Below, piece by piece: positions 35,621-46,176 of a stretch of 64,000 bases of DNA (position 1 is the stretch's first letter; each line of letters opens with the position of its first letter). Position numbers and translations under genes: made by a program. The notes below the pieces were generated by a model, which was given only the letters and a program-made list of their open reading frames with translations, had not been told where the DNA came from and did no database searches. This stretch comes from an uncultured delta proteobacterium (GTDB lineage Bacteria; Myxococcota_A; Polyangia; Fen-1088), in NCBI GenBank assembly GCA_963767925.1, contig CAVYGB010000010.1:896001-960000 (forward strand), read 5' to 3'.

Positions 35621-36505
35621 ATGGATCGGTCGGATCAGCCGGATCCGGGGGGATATTTCATCCGCGCGCCCGGCGGGGAGCTGGCCGCTGCCGGTCCGGT
35701 GGCGACCGGCCCCTTCGGTCCCGTGGTGCGGCGGCGCTGGGGGGATCCCCGGGAGATCTTCGGGCGCGACAGCGCCAGCCCGGTGAGCCAGCTCAAGGCG
35801 ACCGGTGGGGTGCTGGCGGCGTTCTGGGCCTACTTTCTCGTCGTCGACTCCAACGGCTTTCCGACCGGGCCGCTCGCCTTCACCGCGGCGATGTCGTTCC
35901 CCGCGGTGCGGGCGCTCAAGCGCTGGCGGGAGCAGCGCCGGCTGGCCCGGGTCCCGTTGCTGCAGGCGGTGGCGCCGCCGGCCGCCCTGGTGCGGATCGC
36001 CGGCACCATCGAAGCTTGCCGGGAGGCCTTCCTCGGACCGGGCACCGAGCGCCCCGTGGTCTACGCGCGCACGCTGGTCTACGAGCCGGGCCACCAGGAT
36101 CGGCCTGGCGCCACCGCGCGCGAGGAGATCCGGGGGGTGCCCTTCCGGGTCCGGCTGCCCGACGGGCGCTCGGTGAAGCTGCGACCGGACGACCTCGACC
36201 TGGAGAACCTCCCCGTGGTGAGCGACGTCCCGGCCGAGGTGTTGCAGACGCTCGGCGCGGCCCACCGGCCGGCCCGGTTCCGGCGCAAGGCGCATTTCTC
36301 GCAGGTGACCCTCGCCCCGGGAGACGAGGTGGAAGCGGCCGGGCTGCTGCACGCCGAGATCGACCCGAGCGGCGTGGCGGCCCCCTCGCGCGGCGCGCCC
36401 CTGGCGCTGGTGCTGGTGCCGCCGCCCGAGGGCGTGGTCTGGATCCGGCGCGTCCTCGCCGACAGCGCCACGGCGCGCCTGGCGGGGAGCCCCAGGCAGA
36501 CCTAG
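35621..36505 (+). CDS. Hypothetical membrane protein (2 TM + GIDE-like soluble part)
   Basis: Two hydrophobic segments, then 'LVRIAGTI', 'GVPFRVR', 'LAPGDEVEAAG'. TATGCT 7 nt before the ATG. Confidence 0.6.
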   Translation: MDRSDQPDPGGYFIRAPGGELAAAGPVATGPFGPVVRRRWGDPREIFGRDSASPVSQLKATGGVLAAFWAYFLVVDSNGFPTGPLAFTAAMSFPAVRALKRWREQRRLARVPLLQAVAPPAALVRIAGTIEACREAFLGPGTERPVVYARTLVYEPGHQDRPGATAREEIRGVPFRVRLPDGRSVKLRPDDLDLENLPVVSDVPAEVLQTLGAAHRPARFRRKAHFSQVTLAPGDEVEAAGLLHAEIDPSGVAAPSRGAPLALVLVPPPEGVVWIRRVLADSATARLAGSPRQT

Positions 36506-36557
36506 ATCTCCGGAGAGGCGGGAGCGCTCCCGATGGAGCGGCCCGGCTCGGGCAGAC

Positions 36558-37351
36558 ATGGGCGCCGAGATCGACAAGAGCACGTTCACCGACGAGGACT
36601 TCTCCCGGTTCCGGGAGCGGCTGCCCGAGCAGCTCAGCGCGCTCGACAAGGTGCTGGCCCGGCCCGGGTTCGGGGTCGCCCCCCGCAGCATCGGCGCCGA
36701 GCTGGAGCTGTTCCTCGTCGATCCCGAGGGGCAGCCGCTGGCCCTCGGCCCCGAGGTGCTCGCGCGCCTGACCAGCCCGCGGGTCTCGCACGAGCTGGCC
36801 CGGTTTGGTACTGGAACCGCGCGGTCTACGACCCGGAGGGGGCCGGCAACCTGCGCATCGAGCTGCGCGCGCTGCCGGCCGGGCCCACCGTGCCGGACAT
36901 GCTGGCCAACGCCGCCTTCATCCTGGGGTTGACCCTCGACCTGGCCCCCGGAATCGGCGAGATGTTGCCCGGGTTCCCCTTCGCCTGCGCCGAGCGCAAC
37001 TTCTACCGGGCCGCCCAGCGGGGGCGGGCGGCGGAGCTGCTGTGGCCGCTGGATCCGGGGCAGCCGCCGCGGCCGGTGCCGGCGGGCGAGCTGCTGCCCG
37101 CCCTGGTCGAGCGGGCCCACCGGGGGCTACAGAGCGCCGGGGTCGAGGCGGGCGAGATCCGGGCCCACCTGCAGACCTTCACCGCCCGGGTGACGAGCGG
37201 CCTGACCGGCGCGCAGTGGCAGCGGCGCTGCCTGGCCGACCTCGAGCTGCGGCGGCTGGCCCCCGACCGGCCGCAGGCGGTGGCGCTGATGCTGAAGCGG
37301 TACATGGCCCACGCCGCCACCGGGCGCCCGGTCCACACCTGGACGCCATGA
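36558..37351 (+). pseudogene. Glutamate--cysteine ligase (GCS2-like) with a large internal deletion and frameshift
   Basis: N-terminus 'MGAEI....F...DF..F...IGAELELFLVD...ELARF' joins out of frame at ~36803 to the C-terminal 'VWYWNRAVYDP...LRIELRALPAGPT..DMLANAAF...NFYRAA...TGAQWQ...PVHTW'. The central part is absent. Confidence 0.8.
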
Positions 37352-38410
37352 GCAGGCTGCTGTCCCCCTGCCCGCCCGAGCTGGCCGCCCGCTGGGACGC
37401 CGAGCAGGGGCTCACCCCGGCGGCGGCGCGGGCCTTCGTGGCCGACCAGGCCCGGCTGGGGCTGCGTCACGGGACGCGGGCGCTCTGCCCGGTGCTGAGC
37501 CCGCTGGTCCTGTCGGGGGGGCTGTACCGGCAAATGCAGGTGGCGGCGATCCACGTCCTGGCGGCGATCGAGCGGATCATCGCCGAGGCCCTCGTCGACG
37601 ACCGACTGGCAGCCACGCTGGGACTCGACGCCCGCGAGCGGGCGCTCTTCGCCAGCGAGGGCGCGGCGCCCGGCCGGGCGGTGGCCATCGGCCGGCTCGA
37701 CACGGTCTTCACCGAGGAGGCAGACGCCGCCGGAGATTTCGCCTTCCTCGAGCTGAACGCGGAGGCGCCGGCCGGGCTGGCCGATCAGCGCCTCCTCGAG
37801 GCCACCCTGTTCCGGCTGCCGGCCGTGCAGAGCTGGCTGGCGGAGACCCGCTGGCGGCCCCTCGACACCCCCGGGGCGCTGCTGCGAACCCTCCGCGGGG
37901 AGGGCGGGCGCGCCGGCGCCAGCGGGCCGGACCGGGTGGGCCATCGTCGACTGGCAGGACGGCGACACCGCGCCCGAGCAGCGCTGGCTGCGAGACCACC
38001 TCTGCGCCGAGGGCCTGCCGACCGTCCTCGCCGATCCGTCGGAGCTGGCGCTGCGGGGCGGGCGGCTGCTGGCCCGGGGCGAGCCGATCGACGTGGTCTA
38101 TCGCCGGGTGATCGGCCGCGAGCTGCTGGAGCGGGCCCGCGACGATCACCCGCTGCTGCAGGCCGCCCGGCAGGGGGCCGCCCGGGTGGTCAACCCGTTC
38201 CGCAGCGCCATCGGCAACCGCAAGGCCGCCTTCGCCGTGCTGAGCGACCCGGCCTGGGCCCACCTGTTCTCCGAGGAGCAGCGGGCCACCATCGCCCGCC
38301 ACGTCCCCTGGTCCCGCGTGCTCGGGCCCGCCGGCGACCCGGCCGGGCTGCGGGGACCACCTCTGCCACATCCTGCGCCGCCCTCCCCTCGGTCAGGCCA
38401 CCCGTGGTGA
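37348..38410 (+). pseudogene. Circularly permuted ATP-grasp (glutathionylspermidine synthase-like) ligase, frameshifted and C-terminally truncated
   Basis: 'LCPVLSP', 'RLD', 'FLELNAEAPAG', +1 G at ~37939, then 'AIVDW', 'IDVVYRR', 'VNPFRS...KAAFAVLSD', 'HVPWSR'. The expected 'KP..G..V' segment is missing. Confidence 0.78.
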
Positions 38411-38535
38411 GGGCTGCCCCGAGCGCACAGAACGCGGCCAGGTGGAGATCGAGCGCGGACCTGGCCGCTCCCGGGGAAGGTGGTATGGTCCTCTCACCTC
38501 GTGACCCGCTCACACGCCGACCGTCCGAACCGGGA

Positions 38536-40659
38536 ATGAAGCCGCGCCGGCGTGGCGGAGCTTACCCGGCTGGGCTCGTCGCGCTCGGCTGCTGGGCGGC
38601 TGGCTGCGCAGGCACCGATGGCCCGCGCGTCGAGGGACCGATCGTCACCGGCATCGACATCCGGGGCGCGGACGCACTGTCCAAAAGCGCGATCAAGGAG
38701 CGGCTGGCCACGCGGGAGACGGGATGGTGGCCGTTCGCGAAGAAATACCGATTCGATCCGGTGGAGTGGCAGATCGACCTCGAACGCATCGAACGCTACT
38801 ACGAAACCCAGGGGTACTACCGGACCGAGGTGGTCCTCGCCGAGGAGATGGACAGGAAGAAGGGCGAGGTGGCGCTGCGGGTGCGGGTGCGGGAGAACGA
38901 GCCGGTCCGCATCGGAGACGTCACCGTACGCGGCCTCGAACCGCTGGCTCCCGGGCGCCGCGAGTCCCTGCTCGACGATCTGCCGCTGCGGCCCGAAGAG
39001 GTCTTTCTGGAGAGGCGATGGGTGCAGGCCAAGACCCTGATCATCGATCGGCTCAAGAACGAGGGCCACGCGGCGGCCGCGCTGGTGGGAGAAGCCAGCC
39101 TGGATCTGCAGGCGAATCGGGGAAAGCTGGATCTCCTGGTCGACCCCGGCCCCAGCTACCGCTTCGGGGAGGTGATCGTGAACACCCCGCCCGGAGCGAA
39201 GGTGGATCCCGCCCTGGTACGAGAGCAGATCGATCTGGCGCTCGGACCCGACCCGCAATTTGCGCCAGACGCGCTCGAGGAGGCTCAGCGCCGGGTCTTC
39301 GCCATGGGGGTATTCGCGACCGCCAGAGTCGCCGCCGGGGAGCCCGATCCGACCCGGGGGGTCGTGCCGGTGCTCGTGGACCTGCGCGAGGCCCCTTTTC
39401 ACACCGTCCGGCTGGGCGGCGGCGTGGCGATCGATCAGGTCCGGCAGGAAGCTCGGCTGCTCGCGGGCTGGCGCGACCGGAGCTTTCTCGGGGAACTGCG
39501 CAAGCTGGGACTGGAGGCGGTGGCCGGCTGGGCCTTCATCCCGAGCGCGCTGGCGGTGGCGCGCGATGAGGGCCAGGTTCCTGTCCGACACGGCGCCATC
39601 TTCCGCGCCACCGCCGACTTCGAGCAGCCCCGGTTCCTGGCCCGGCCCAGCCTCGGTCTGGTTAGCCTGCTCGAGGCGGAGCGGACCATCGAGCCGGCCT
39701 ACGACGCCCTGGGCGGCCGCGTCCGGCCGGGTGTCATCTGGCAACCTCGGTCCAGCACCGCGCTGTCGGCGTCCTACAACCTGCAGGGCTACTGGCTCAA
39801 CGGACCTCCGAGCCTCACCCCCGCGACGGCGCCGCTGGCGCTCGGCTGCGCCACCGATCCCTGCTTCGTCGTCCTTTCATATCTCGAGCAGATCGTCTCC
39901 TGGGACCGCCGCGATCACCCGCTCGAGCCCCGGCGGGGGTTTTTCCTCTCGCTGGCCCTGCAGCAGGGAGGCGGCCCGCTGGGGGGCGACTTCGAGTACC
40001 TGCGCATCTTGCCCGAGGCTCGGGCCTATGCCACGCCCGGTGACGACGGAGCCCTGACGGTGGCGCTGCGGCTGCGGATGGGGACTCTGGTGCCGCGGTC
40101 CGGTCGCGCCGAAGACAGTCCCGTGGTGGCCCGCTTCTATGCCGGTGGCGCCAACTCGATGCGCGGCTTCGGGCTGAGGCGGCTCTCGCCCATGCTCCTG
40201 CTCCCGGTCGACGGCGCTAACTCCGAGGAGCGGGTGGCCCTGCCGATCGGGGGCAATGGCCTGGTCGAGGGGAGCCTGGAGCTCCGCACCCGGGTCCGGG
40301 AGAACCTGCTGCTGGCGGCCTTCGCCGACTTCGGGGCCGTCACGCGCGAGCGGCTGCCGCTGCGTGACGCGGGCGCGCTGTTGTGGGCCACCGGAGTCGG
40401 CCTGCGCTACCTGTCGCCCATCGGACCCATCCGCCTGGATCTGGGCGTGCGGTTGCCGTTCGGGCGACCCCCTCCTCTCTACGCTCCCGATGGCACCGAG
40501 ATCACTTACCAGCGGCTTGCCGGCGGAGTGGTCGAACCGGGCCGGGAGGATGGCAGCCACATCGACAAGAGCTGCTTTGGAATCGGTGGCTCCGGCGCAT
40601 CGAGCTGGGTGCCGGGAGGTCTATGCTCGATACACCTCTCGATTGGCGAGGCCTTCTGA
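38536..40659 (+). CDS. tamA: Omp85 family TamA/BamA-like outer membrane protein (POTRA + barrel), probable lipoprotein
   Basis: Lipobox 'AAGC', POTRA 'DLERIERYYETQGYY', 'RFYAGGANSMRGF', 'GLRYLSPIGPIRLD', terminal 'IGEAF'. Confidence 0.9.
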   Translation: MKPRRRGGAYPAGLVALGCWAAGCAGTDGPRVEGPIVTGIDIRGADALSKSAIKERLATRETGWWPFAKKYRFDPVEWQIDLERIERYYETQGYYRTEVVLAEEMDRKKGEVALRVRVRENEPVRIGDVTVRGLEPLAPGRRESLLDDLPLRPEEVFLERRWVQAKTLIIDRLKNEGHAAAALVGEASLDLQANRGKLDLLVDPGPSYRFGEVIVNTPPGAKVDPALVREQIDLALGPDPQFAPDALEEAQRRVFAMGVFATARVAAGEPDPTRGVVPVLVDLREAPFHTVRLGGGVAIDQVRQEARLLAGWRDRSFLGELRKLGLEAVAGWAFIPSALAVARDEGQVPVRHGAIFRATADFEQPRFLARPSLGLVSLLEAERTIEPAYDALGGRVRPGVIWQPRSSTALSASYNLQGYWLNGPPSLTPATAPLALGCATDPCFVVLSYLEQIVSWDRRDHPLEPRRGFFLSLALQQGGGPLGGDFEYLRILPEARAYATPGDDGALTVALRLRMGTLVPRSGRAEDSPVVARFYAGGANSMRGFGLRRLSPMLLLPVDGANSEERVALPIGGNGLVEGSLELRTRVRENLLLAAFADFGAVTRERLPLRDAGALLWATGVGLRYLSPIGPIRLDLGVRLPFGRPPPLYAPDGTEITYQRLAGGVVEPGREDGSHIDKSCFGIGGSGASSWVPGGLCSIHLSIGEAF

Positions 40660-40677
40660 GATGAGGCCTTCTCGACG

Positions 40678-43600
40678 ATGAGCGCCGGGCGCGTGCTGCG
40701 GGCCGGGAGCCGGCTGCTCGGCGGGATCCTGCTGGGTGCGATCCTGCTGCTCGTTGCCGGCGTCCTGGTCCTCAACAGCCGCCCGGGCAACCGGGCCCTG
40801 CTCGGCCGCGCCCTGCCGATGGCCAACGATCTGATCGCCGGCGGTCTCGCCGTGGACGGTTTCCGGCTGGGCATGGATCGGCTGGTGCTGACCGGGATCG
40901 TGCTGCGTGACCCCGAAGGGGCTGTGGTCGCCCGGATCGAACGGCTGGAGGTGGTGATCGCCCCGCTGTCCCTGCTGCGGAGCCGGCTCGAGCTGCGCGT
41001 GGTGAAGGTGCAGCGACCACGGTTGTGGCTCGCGCAGGACGCACGAGGCCTCAACCTCGCCCGCGCGCTGGCGGTGCGGCCGCGGGCGCCCTCGCCCCCC
41101 GGGGAGCCGGCCGACCTGGTAGTCGCCCTGCAGCGACTGGTGCTCCGCGACGGAGAGATCGAGCTGCGCAGCGCCGGGTCGCCGGGCGAGCGGATCCAGC
41201 GCCCGCCCCAGGCGCGGCTCACGGCCCTGGAGGCAGACGGCGAGGGTCGCTACGACTTGCGGGCGGGTCGCCTGGGAGCGACGCTGAAGCTCCGGGGCCG
41301 GAGCCTCGCGCCCCACCCGGCTCCCCTGGAGCTTTCGCTGCAAGGCAAGTGGGGGGGCGGGGGCCAGGCCTCGGTCGACGTTCGCCTGGGCGACAGCCGC
41401 CTGGCCGCCGATCTGCGCGCGACGGACGAGCTCGGACAGGAGCTGGCCCTCTCGCTGCGAACCCTCCGACTCACGCCGGATCTGGCGCGGGCGCTGGCGC
41501 CGACCTGGCCCCTGCGCGGCGCGATCGAAGCCACCGGTACCCTGCGCCGGAGTGGCCCCGTCGTACGGGCGGACGTCGCCATCGACACGGCCGGGGGCCG
41601 GTTCCAGGTGAAGGGCGGCCTCGAGACCGATGGCTGGCGCAGTCCCGGGCTCCGGGTCGAGGGCCGGGACGTCGACCTGAGCGCTCTGCTCGTGAAGGGG
41701 CCGCCGTCGGCGTTCTCCTTTTCGCTGGTCGGTCGGGGCGGTGGTCCCGATATGGCCAGCATGAACGGGGAGATCGACCTCCAGGTCCCGGAAGGCCAGG
41801 TCAGCGGCCGGCCGGCCGGGCCGGTGCGCCTCCGGGCCCGGGCGCGAGACGGCGAGTACCGGCTGGAAGAGCTCGTCGCTGCGCTCCCCGGCCTGTCGCT
41901 GTCGGCCCGGGGACGGGCGGACCACAGCGACCTCTCGCTCGAGGTGGCTCTGCAGGCCAGAAGCCTGCGACAGGCAGGTCGCTCCCTGACCGCGGGAGCG
42001 CCCCTGCCAATCGGGGGCCAAGGAACGCTCTCGGCCCGGGTCGATGGCCCCTGGCGGCAGCCCCGGCTCACCGCCTCCGGGCGCTTCGGCCGCGTTCGCT
42101 TCCGCGAGCACGAGGTCCGCAACCTGTCGCTGCGGGTCCGGGCGCCCGATCTGCACCGGCCGCAACTTCTGAACGGGAGCTTGACCCTGGGGTCGGCCCG
42201 GATCGGGTCTCGACAGCTCGAGCAGATCGGCCTCGAGGTGGCGACTTCGGACAACCGAGCCTTCAGGGCCAGCTTGCGCCTGCAGCGGCCACAACCACTC
42301 TCGCTGGCCATCGCTGGCCGCTGGTCGCCGGCTCTGGACGCCCTGGCCCTCGACCGGCTCACGGTCGACTATCCCGGTGCGAGCTGGCGGATGACGGCGC
42401 CGGCTCGCATCGCGACCGGAGCGGCGCTCGTGGTGGAAGGGCTGCGCTTGCGTTCGGACGTCCAGCGGCTCGCCCTCGACCTTCATCGCTCGGGTGGCCG
42501 GCTGCGGGCCCGGGCCGACCTCGAGCGGATCGACCTCGGCCGGCTGCCCGCCATCGCGAGCGCCACGTTGCCGGCGCTGGCCGGACGGCTGGACGCCTCC
42601 ATCGAGGCAACCGGATCGCCCGACCTCCCGCTGCTGCAGGCGCGCGGCTCGGTCAGCGCCGGCCGGGTGGCCGACCTGCGAGACCTGGCCCTCGACTTCG
42701 ACGCCAGGGTGGGCCGCGTACGGGTCGAGGGCCGGATGCAAGCGCAGGCCCTCGGCGCGCAGGTGACGACCCGCTTCGACCTGCCTCGTGCCTTCCCCCC
42801 GCCTCCGAACGCGGACCTGGCCCTGTCGCTGCGGACGACCTCGCTGCCGCTCGATCGCTTGCTGGCCGCGCTTGGATCGAAGGACCGGCAAATCGCTGGC
42901 CGGGCCTCGCTGGAGGCCACCCTCGGCGGCACGTTCTCCCGACCGCGCCTGGAGGTGCGGGCCGCGGTGCCGGACCTCGTCGCCGCCGGGCATCCGGTGG
43001 GCGCCGTCGAGCTGGCGGCGGCGGCCGCGCCCGGTTCGCCGCTGACCGCGGATCTGCGCGTCCGGACGCTGGGCCGCACCGGGACGGTGAGCCTGCGCGC
43101 GCCCCTCGATCTCGGCGAGCTGCTGCGCCGGCCCCCGCCCGCCAGCCAGTTTTACGACCAGCCGTTCGAAGCCCACGCCGCGCTCGAGGCTCTGCCCCTG
43201 CAGACGCTCGCCGGCCTGGCCGGCCGGGGCGCCGGAGTCGGCGGGACCGTCAGCCTTTCGATGGACGCCCGGGGAACTCCGCGGAGCCCGGTCGGCTCGC
43301 TGCGGATCGCGCTCGCTGGACTGCGAGCGCCTGGCATCCCGCCCACCGACGCCCACCTGGAGGTCCAGGCGCGCGACAGCGCCCAGGGATTGACCGCCCA
43401 GCTCTCGGTGAGCCGGGCGAACCGGACGGTGGCCAGCCTCCGCGCTTCGCTGGCCCTGGCCACCACCCGGCTCGCCGACCGAGCGGCGCTGGCGCGGGCC
43501 CCGCTCTCGCTGGACGGCCAGGTCGGCCCCCTCGACCTGCAGCGCCTGGTGGCGCCCGCGGACGGACGCGGGCAGCGGGCCCGCCTCCTGGGCGGCACCG

Positions 43601-45267
43601 GGCAGGCCCGGGTACAGCTCGAGGGAAACCTGGGCTCGCCCCGGCTCACGGTTGCGGCACGGATAGACGACGTGTCTCTGCAGGGCGTGCCGCTGGGCCG
43701 GGCCCACCTGCGGGTTGAATACGCCGACCGGCGGCCCCACCTGGAGCTGCGGCTCGACGGCGCGGACGGAGGATTTCTGGAGCTGACCGCGAACAGCCGG
43801 GTGGATCTCGGCTACCCGTTGCCTGCGGGTGCACTCCCCCTCCTGAAGAACCTTCCGGTGACCGCCCGGCTGCGCGCGGATCGATACGACCTCACCCCCC
43901 TCGCGGGGTTGAGCGATCAGGTCCGCGTGATCGAGGGGCGGCTCGCCGCCCAGGCGGACATCGAGGGCTCCCTGGGCGCGCCCCGGGTGCGCGGCCGCTT
44001 GCAATGGAAGGACGGCCGGCTGGTGGTCGCCGGACTGGGCGAATACGGGAACATCCACCTGCTGTTGAACGGCGATGACCGCCGCCTGGTGCTCGAGGAG
44101 CTGACGGCCAGCAGCGACGGCGGCACGGCGCGCCTGACCGGCTCGGCCGAGCGAGAGCCCGGCGCAGGATTCAAGATCGAGGCCCGGGCGGATCTGCGTC
44201 GCTTTCCCATCCGCACCGACGGCCAGCGGATCGCCACCCTGTCCATGGCCCCCCGCCTGTCTGGCCGGGCCTCTGTCGAGCGCGTCGAGCTCGTTGCCGA
44301 GCTGGATGAAGCGGACGTGCGGCTCGCGCCGGGCAAACGGCAACAGGTGCAGTCGCTCGAACGTCTCGGGGATGTGGTGCTCTACTGGGGCGACGACCCC
44401 CTGGACGGCGCGCAGGCCGAAAAACACGCCGCCCTGGAGCAGGCGAGGCAGCGCCTCCTGGCGCGCCACGAGCTGCAGGACCCCGCGAACCAGGCCGGAA
44501 GCGGCGGCCGCCCCCCCGGGCCGGCAGACCGGGTAGCCGAGCTGCGGGTGAACGCGCCCCGGAACCTCTGGGTCCGGGGCCCGGACATCAATCTGGAGCT
44601 CGGGTTGGGACCCCAGTTCGTCCTGCTCACCAACCCCCAACCATCGATCTTCGGGACGGTCCTGGTCCGGCGCGGTCAGGTGGAGGTGCTGGGACGCCGC
44701 TTCGTCCTGGATGACAGCTCACTGCTGAGATTCACCGGGCCCCCCGATCAGCCGCGCCTCGATGTCCGGGCCGTACACCGGCCCCGCCACGCCGATCTGA
44801 CCGTGGTGGTGAGTCTGAGCGGCCCGGTCGATGCCCTCGAGATCGACATCACGTCCCCCGAGCACCCCGAATATGCCCAGGCCGACCTGCTGGCGATGGT
44901 GATGACCGGCCGGCCACCAGATGCGCCGTCGTCGGCAGTCCCCTCTCCTTCCAGCCAGGCGGCCTCGCTGCTGGGAGGCCTGCTCGCCGACAAGCTCCAG
45001 AGCACGATCATGGGCAGGCTGCCCATCGACGTCCTCAACATCGACCCCGGCGAAGGCCTGCGTGGCCTGCAGCTCGAGGCCGGCACCTACCTGGGAGACG
45101 ACCTGTACGTGTCCTACGTCGGCCGCTTCGGCAACGACCCCTTCCTGCGGGAGAACCAGAACGAGATGCAGCTCGAGTACCGGCTGTCGCAACGCTGGAG
45201 CTTCGAGGCCAGCTACGGCGACGCCCGCCGCGGCTCGGCGGACATGATCTGGACCACACGTTACTGA
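40678..45267 (+). CDS. tamB: Translocation and assembly module TamB (AsmA-like)
   Basis: N-terminal TM, long beta-rich repeats, C-terminal DUF490-like 'GTYLGDDLYVSY...LEYRLSQRWSFE...DMIWTTRY'. Directly follows tamA. Confidence 0.88.
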   Translation: MSAGRVLRAGSRLLGGILLGAILLLVAGVLVLNSRPGNRALLGRALPMANDLIAGGLAVDGFRLGMDRLVLTGIVLRDPEGAVVARIERLEVVIAPLSLLRSRLELRVVKVQRPRLWLAQDARGLNLARALAVRPRAPSPPGEPADLVVALQRLVLRDGEIELRSAGSPGERIQRPPQARLTALEADGEGRYDLRAGRLGATLKLRGRSLAPHPAPLELSLQGKWGGGGQASVDVRLGDSRLAADLRATDELGQELALSLRTLRLTPDLARALAPTWPLRGAIEATGTLRRSGPVVRADVAIDTAGGRFQVKGGLETDGWRSPGLRVEGRDVDLSALLVKGPPSAFSFSLVGRGGGPDMASMNGEIDLQVPEGQVSGRPAGPVRLRARARDGEYRLEELVAALPGLSLSARGRADHSDLSLEVALQARSLRQAGRSLTAGAPLPIGGQGTLSARVDGPWRQPRLTASGRFGRVRFREHEVRNLSLRVRAPDLHRPQLLNGSLTLGSARIGSRQLEQIGLEVATSDNRAFRASLRLQRPQPLSLAIAGRWSPALDALALDRLTVDYPGASWRMTAPARIATGAALVVEGLRLRSDVQRLALDLHRSGGRLRARADLERIDLGRLPAIASATLPALAGRLDASIEATGSPDLPLLQARGSVSAGRVADLRDLALDFDARVGRVRVEGRMQAQALGAQVTTRFDLPRAFPPPPNADLALSLRTTSLPLDRLLAALGSKDRQIAGRASLEATLGGTFSRPRLEVRAAVPDLVAAGHPVGAVELAAAAAPGSPLTADLRVRTLGRTGTVSLRAPLDLGELLRRPPPASQFYDQPFEAHAALEALPLQTLAGLAGRGAGVGGTVSLSMDARGTPRSPVGSLRIALAGLRAPGIPPTDAHLEVQARDSAQGLTAQLSVSRANRTVASLRASLALATTRLADRAALARAPLSLDGQVGPLDLQRLVAPADGRGQRARLLGGTGQARVQLEGNLGSPRLTVAARIDDVSLQGVPLGRAHLRVEYADRRPHLELRLDGADGGFLELTANSRVDLGYPLPAGALPLLKNLPVTARLRADRYDLTPLAGLSDQVRVIEGRLAAQADIEGSLGAPRVRGRLQWKDGRLVVAGLGEYGNIHLLLNGDDRRLVLEELTASSDGGTARLTGSAEREPGAGFKIEARADLRRFPIRTDGQRIATLSMAPRLSGRASVERVELVAELDEADVRLAPGKRQQVQSLERLGDVVLYWGDDPLDGAQAEKHAALEQARQRLLARHELQDPANQAGSGGRPPGPADRVAELRVNAPRNLWVRGPDINLELGLGPQFVLLTNPQPSIFGTVLVRRGQVEVLGRRFVLDDSSLLRFTGPPDQPRLDVRAVHRPRHADLTVVVSLSGPVDALEIDITSPEHPEYAQADLLAMVMTGRPPDAPSSAVPSPSSQAASLLGGLLADKLQSTIMGRLPIDVLNIDPGEGLRGLQLEAGTYLGDDLYVSYVGRFGNDPFLRENQNEMQLEYRLSQRWSFEASYGDARRGSADMIWTTRY

Positions 45268-45282
45268 GCCCGGGCAGACCCG

Positions 45283-46176
45283 TCAGGGGCCCTCCGCGAA
45301 GGCGGGCGCGGCCTCGCCGAGGGGAACTGCCAGCACCGAACACGGCGCCGACTCTGCCACCGTCTCGGCCGTGCTGCCAAGCACCAGGCGCCGCCACGCC
45401 GACTGACCGCGGGTGCCGACCACCACCAGCTCCGCGCCCAGTCGACGGGCCAGGCGATCTATCCCCGCCGTCGCCGGACCTAGCGTGACCCGGAGGTCGC
45501 CCGCGACGTCGGATCGGGAAAGCGCCTCGGCCAGCCGGTGGCCGGCGACCTCGGCCATGGTCGCGTCAACCGTGAAGGGCAAGCTGGCCGAGGTCGCCCC
45601 CTCCATGATGTGGACCACGGTGAGGCTCGCCCCGTGCAGGCGGGCGACGTCGGCGGCGGCCCGGATGGCCGGCAACGACGGATCGGACAGATCGGTCGCC
45701 GCCAGGATGGTGCGGACGACGATGGAGGGATCCGCCCGGGCGATCAACACCGGACAGTGGCCATTGCGCATCACCTTGGCGGCCACCCCCGTCGCCAGCG
45801 GCCCCATCCGGGATCGGCTCAGCGGCTCGCCGATGACCAGCAGGTCGATCTTCCGCTCCCCGGCGATCTCGACCAGGCCCGTGCCCGGGTCGCCCCCCCC
45901 GACCAGGAGCTGGACCTCGTCAGGGCCTCTGCGGGTCAGCTCCCGCAGGCGCTCCCCGAGCCGTTGCGCCACCCGTGGCCGCTGCTCCGACTCCGCCCGC
46001 CGGCTCTGTGCCCGGGCGAGGGGAGAGAGCGCCTGGACGCCAGTGGGGCCCGGGATGACGTGACAGCCGATGAGTCGCGCCTCCCAGAGACGGGCGAGCG
46101 CGTCGGCCTGGCGAATCGCCCGATCGGCGGGCGATCGGAAATCCACCCCCACAAGAATTCTCCTCGGTTCGAACAT
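45283..46176 (-). CDS. Universal stress protein (tandem UspA domains)
   Basis: 'RILVGVDF', 'ILAATDLS', 'LVVVGTRG...LGSTAE.V...APCSVL'. SD AAGGAG. Confidence 0.92.
   Translation of the reverse strand: MFEPRRILVGVDFRSPADRAIRQADALARLWEARLIGCHVIPGPTGVQALSPLARAQSRRAESEQRPRVAQRLGERLRELTRRGPDEVQLLVGGGDPGTGLVEIAGERKIDLLVIGEPLSRSRMGPLATGVAAKVMRNGHCPVLIARADPSIVVRTILAATDLSDPSLPAIRAAADVARLHGASLTVVHIMEGATSASLPFTVDATMAEVAGHRLAEALSRSDVAGDLRVTLGPATAGIDRLARRLGAELVVVGTRGQSAWRRLVLGSTAETVAESAPCSVLAVPLGEAAPAFAEGP

Noticed and set aside
33980..36505. 841-aa ORF spanning the ECF gene and uvsE
   Set aside because: Off-frame read-through (Arg/Gly/Pro-rich) of two clear genes. Only the part from 35621 looks coding.
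36805..40659. 1284-aa ORF suggesting an ATP-grasp-TamA fusion
   Set aside because: The +1 G at ~37939 sends the frame through low-complexity, non-homologous sequence. TamA has its own ATG and lipoprotein signal at 38536.
40621..44640. Very long antisense ORFs (also 26494-29229, 29184-31994, 7103-9934, 1370-3178)
   Set aside because: Shadow ORFs expected from high GC3 bias opposite well-supported genes. No motifs.
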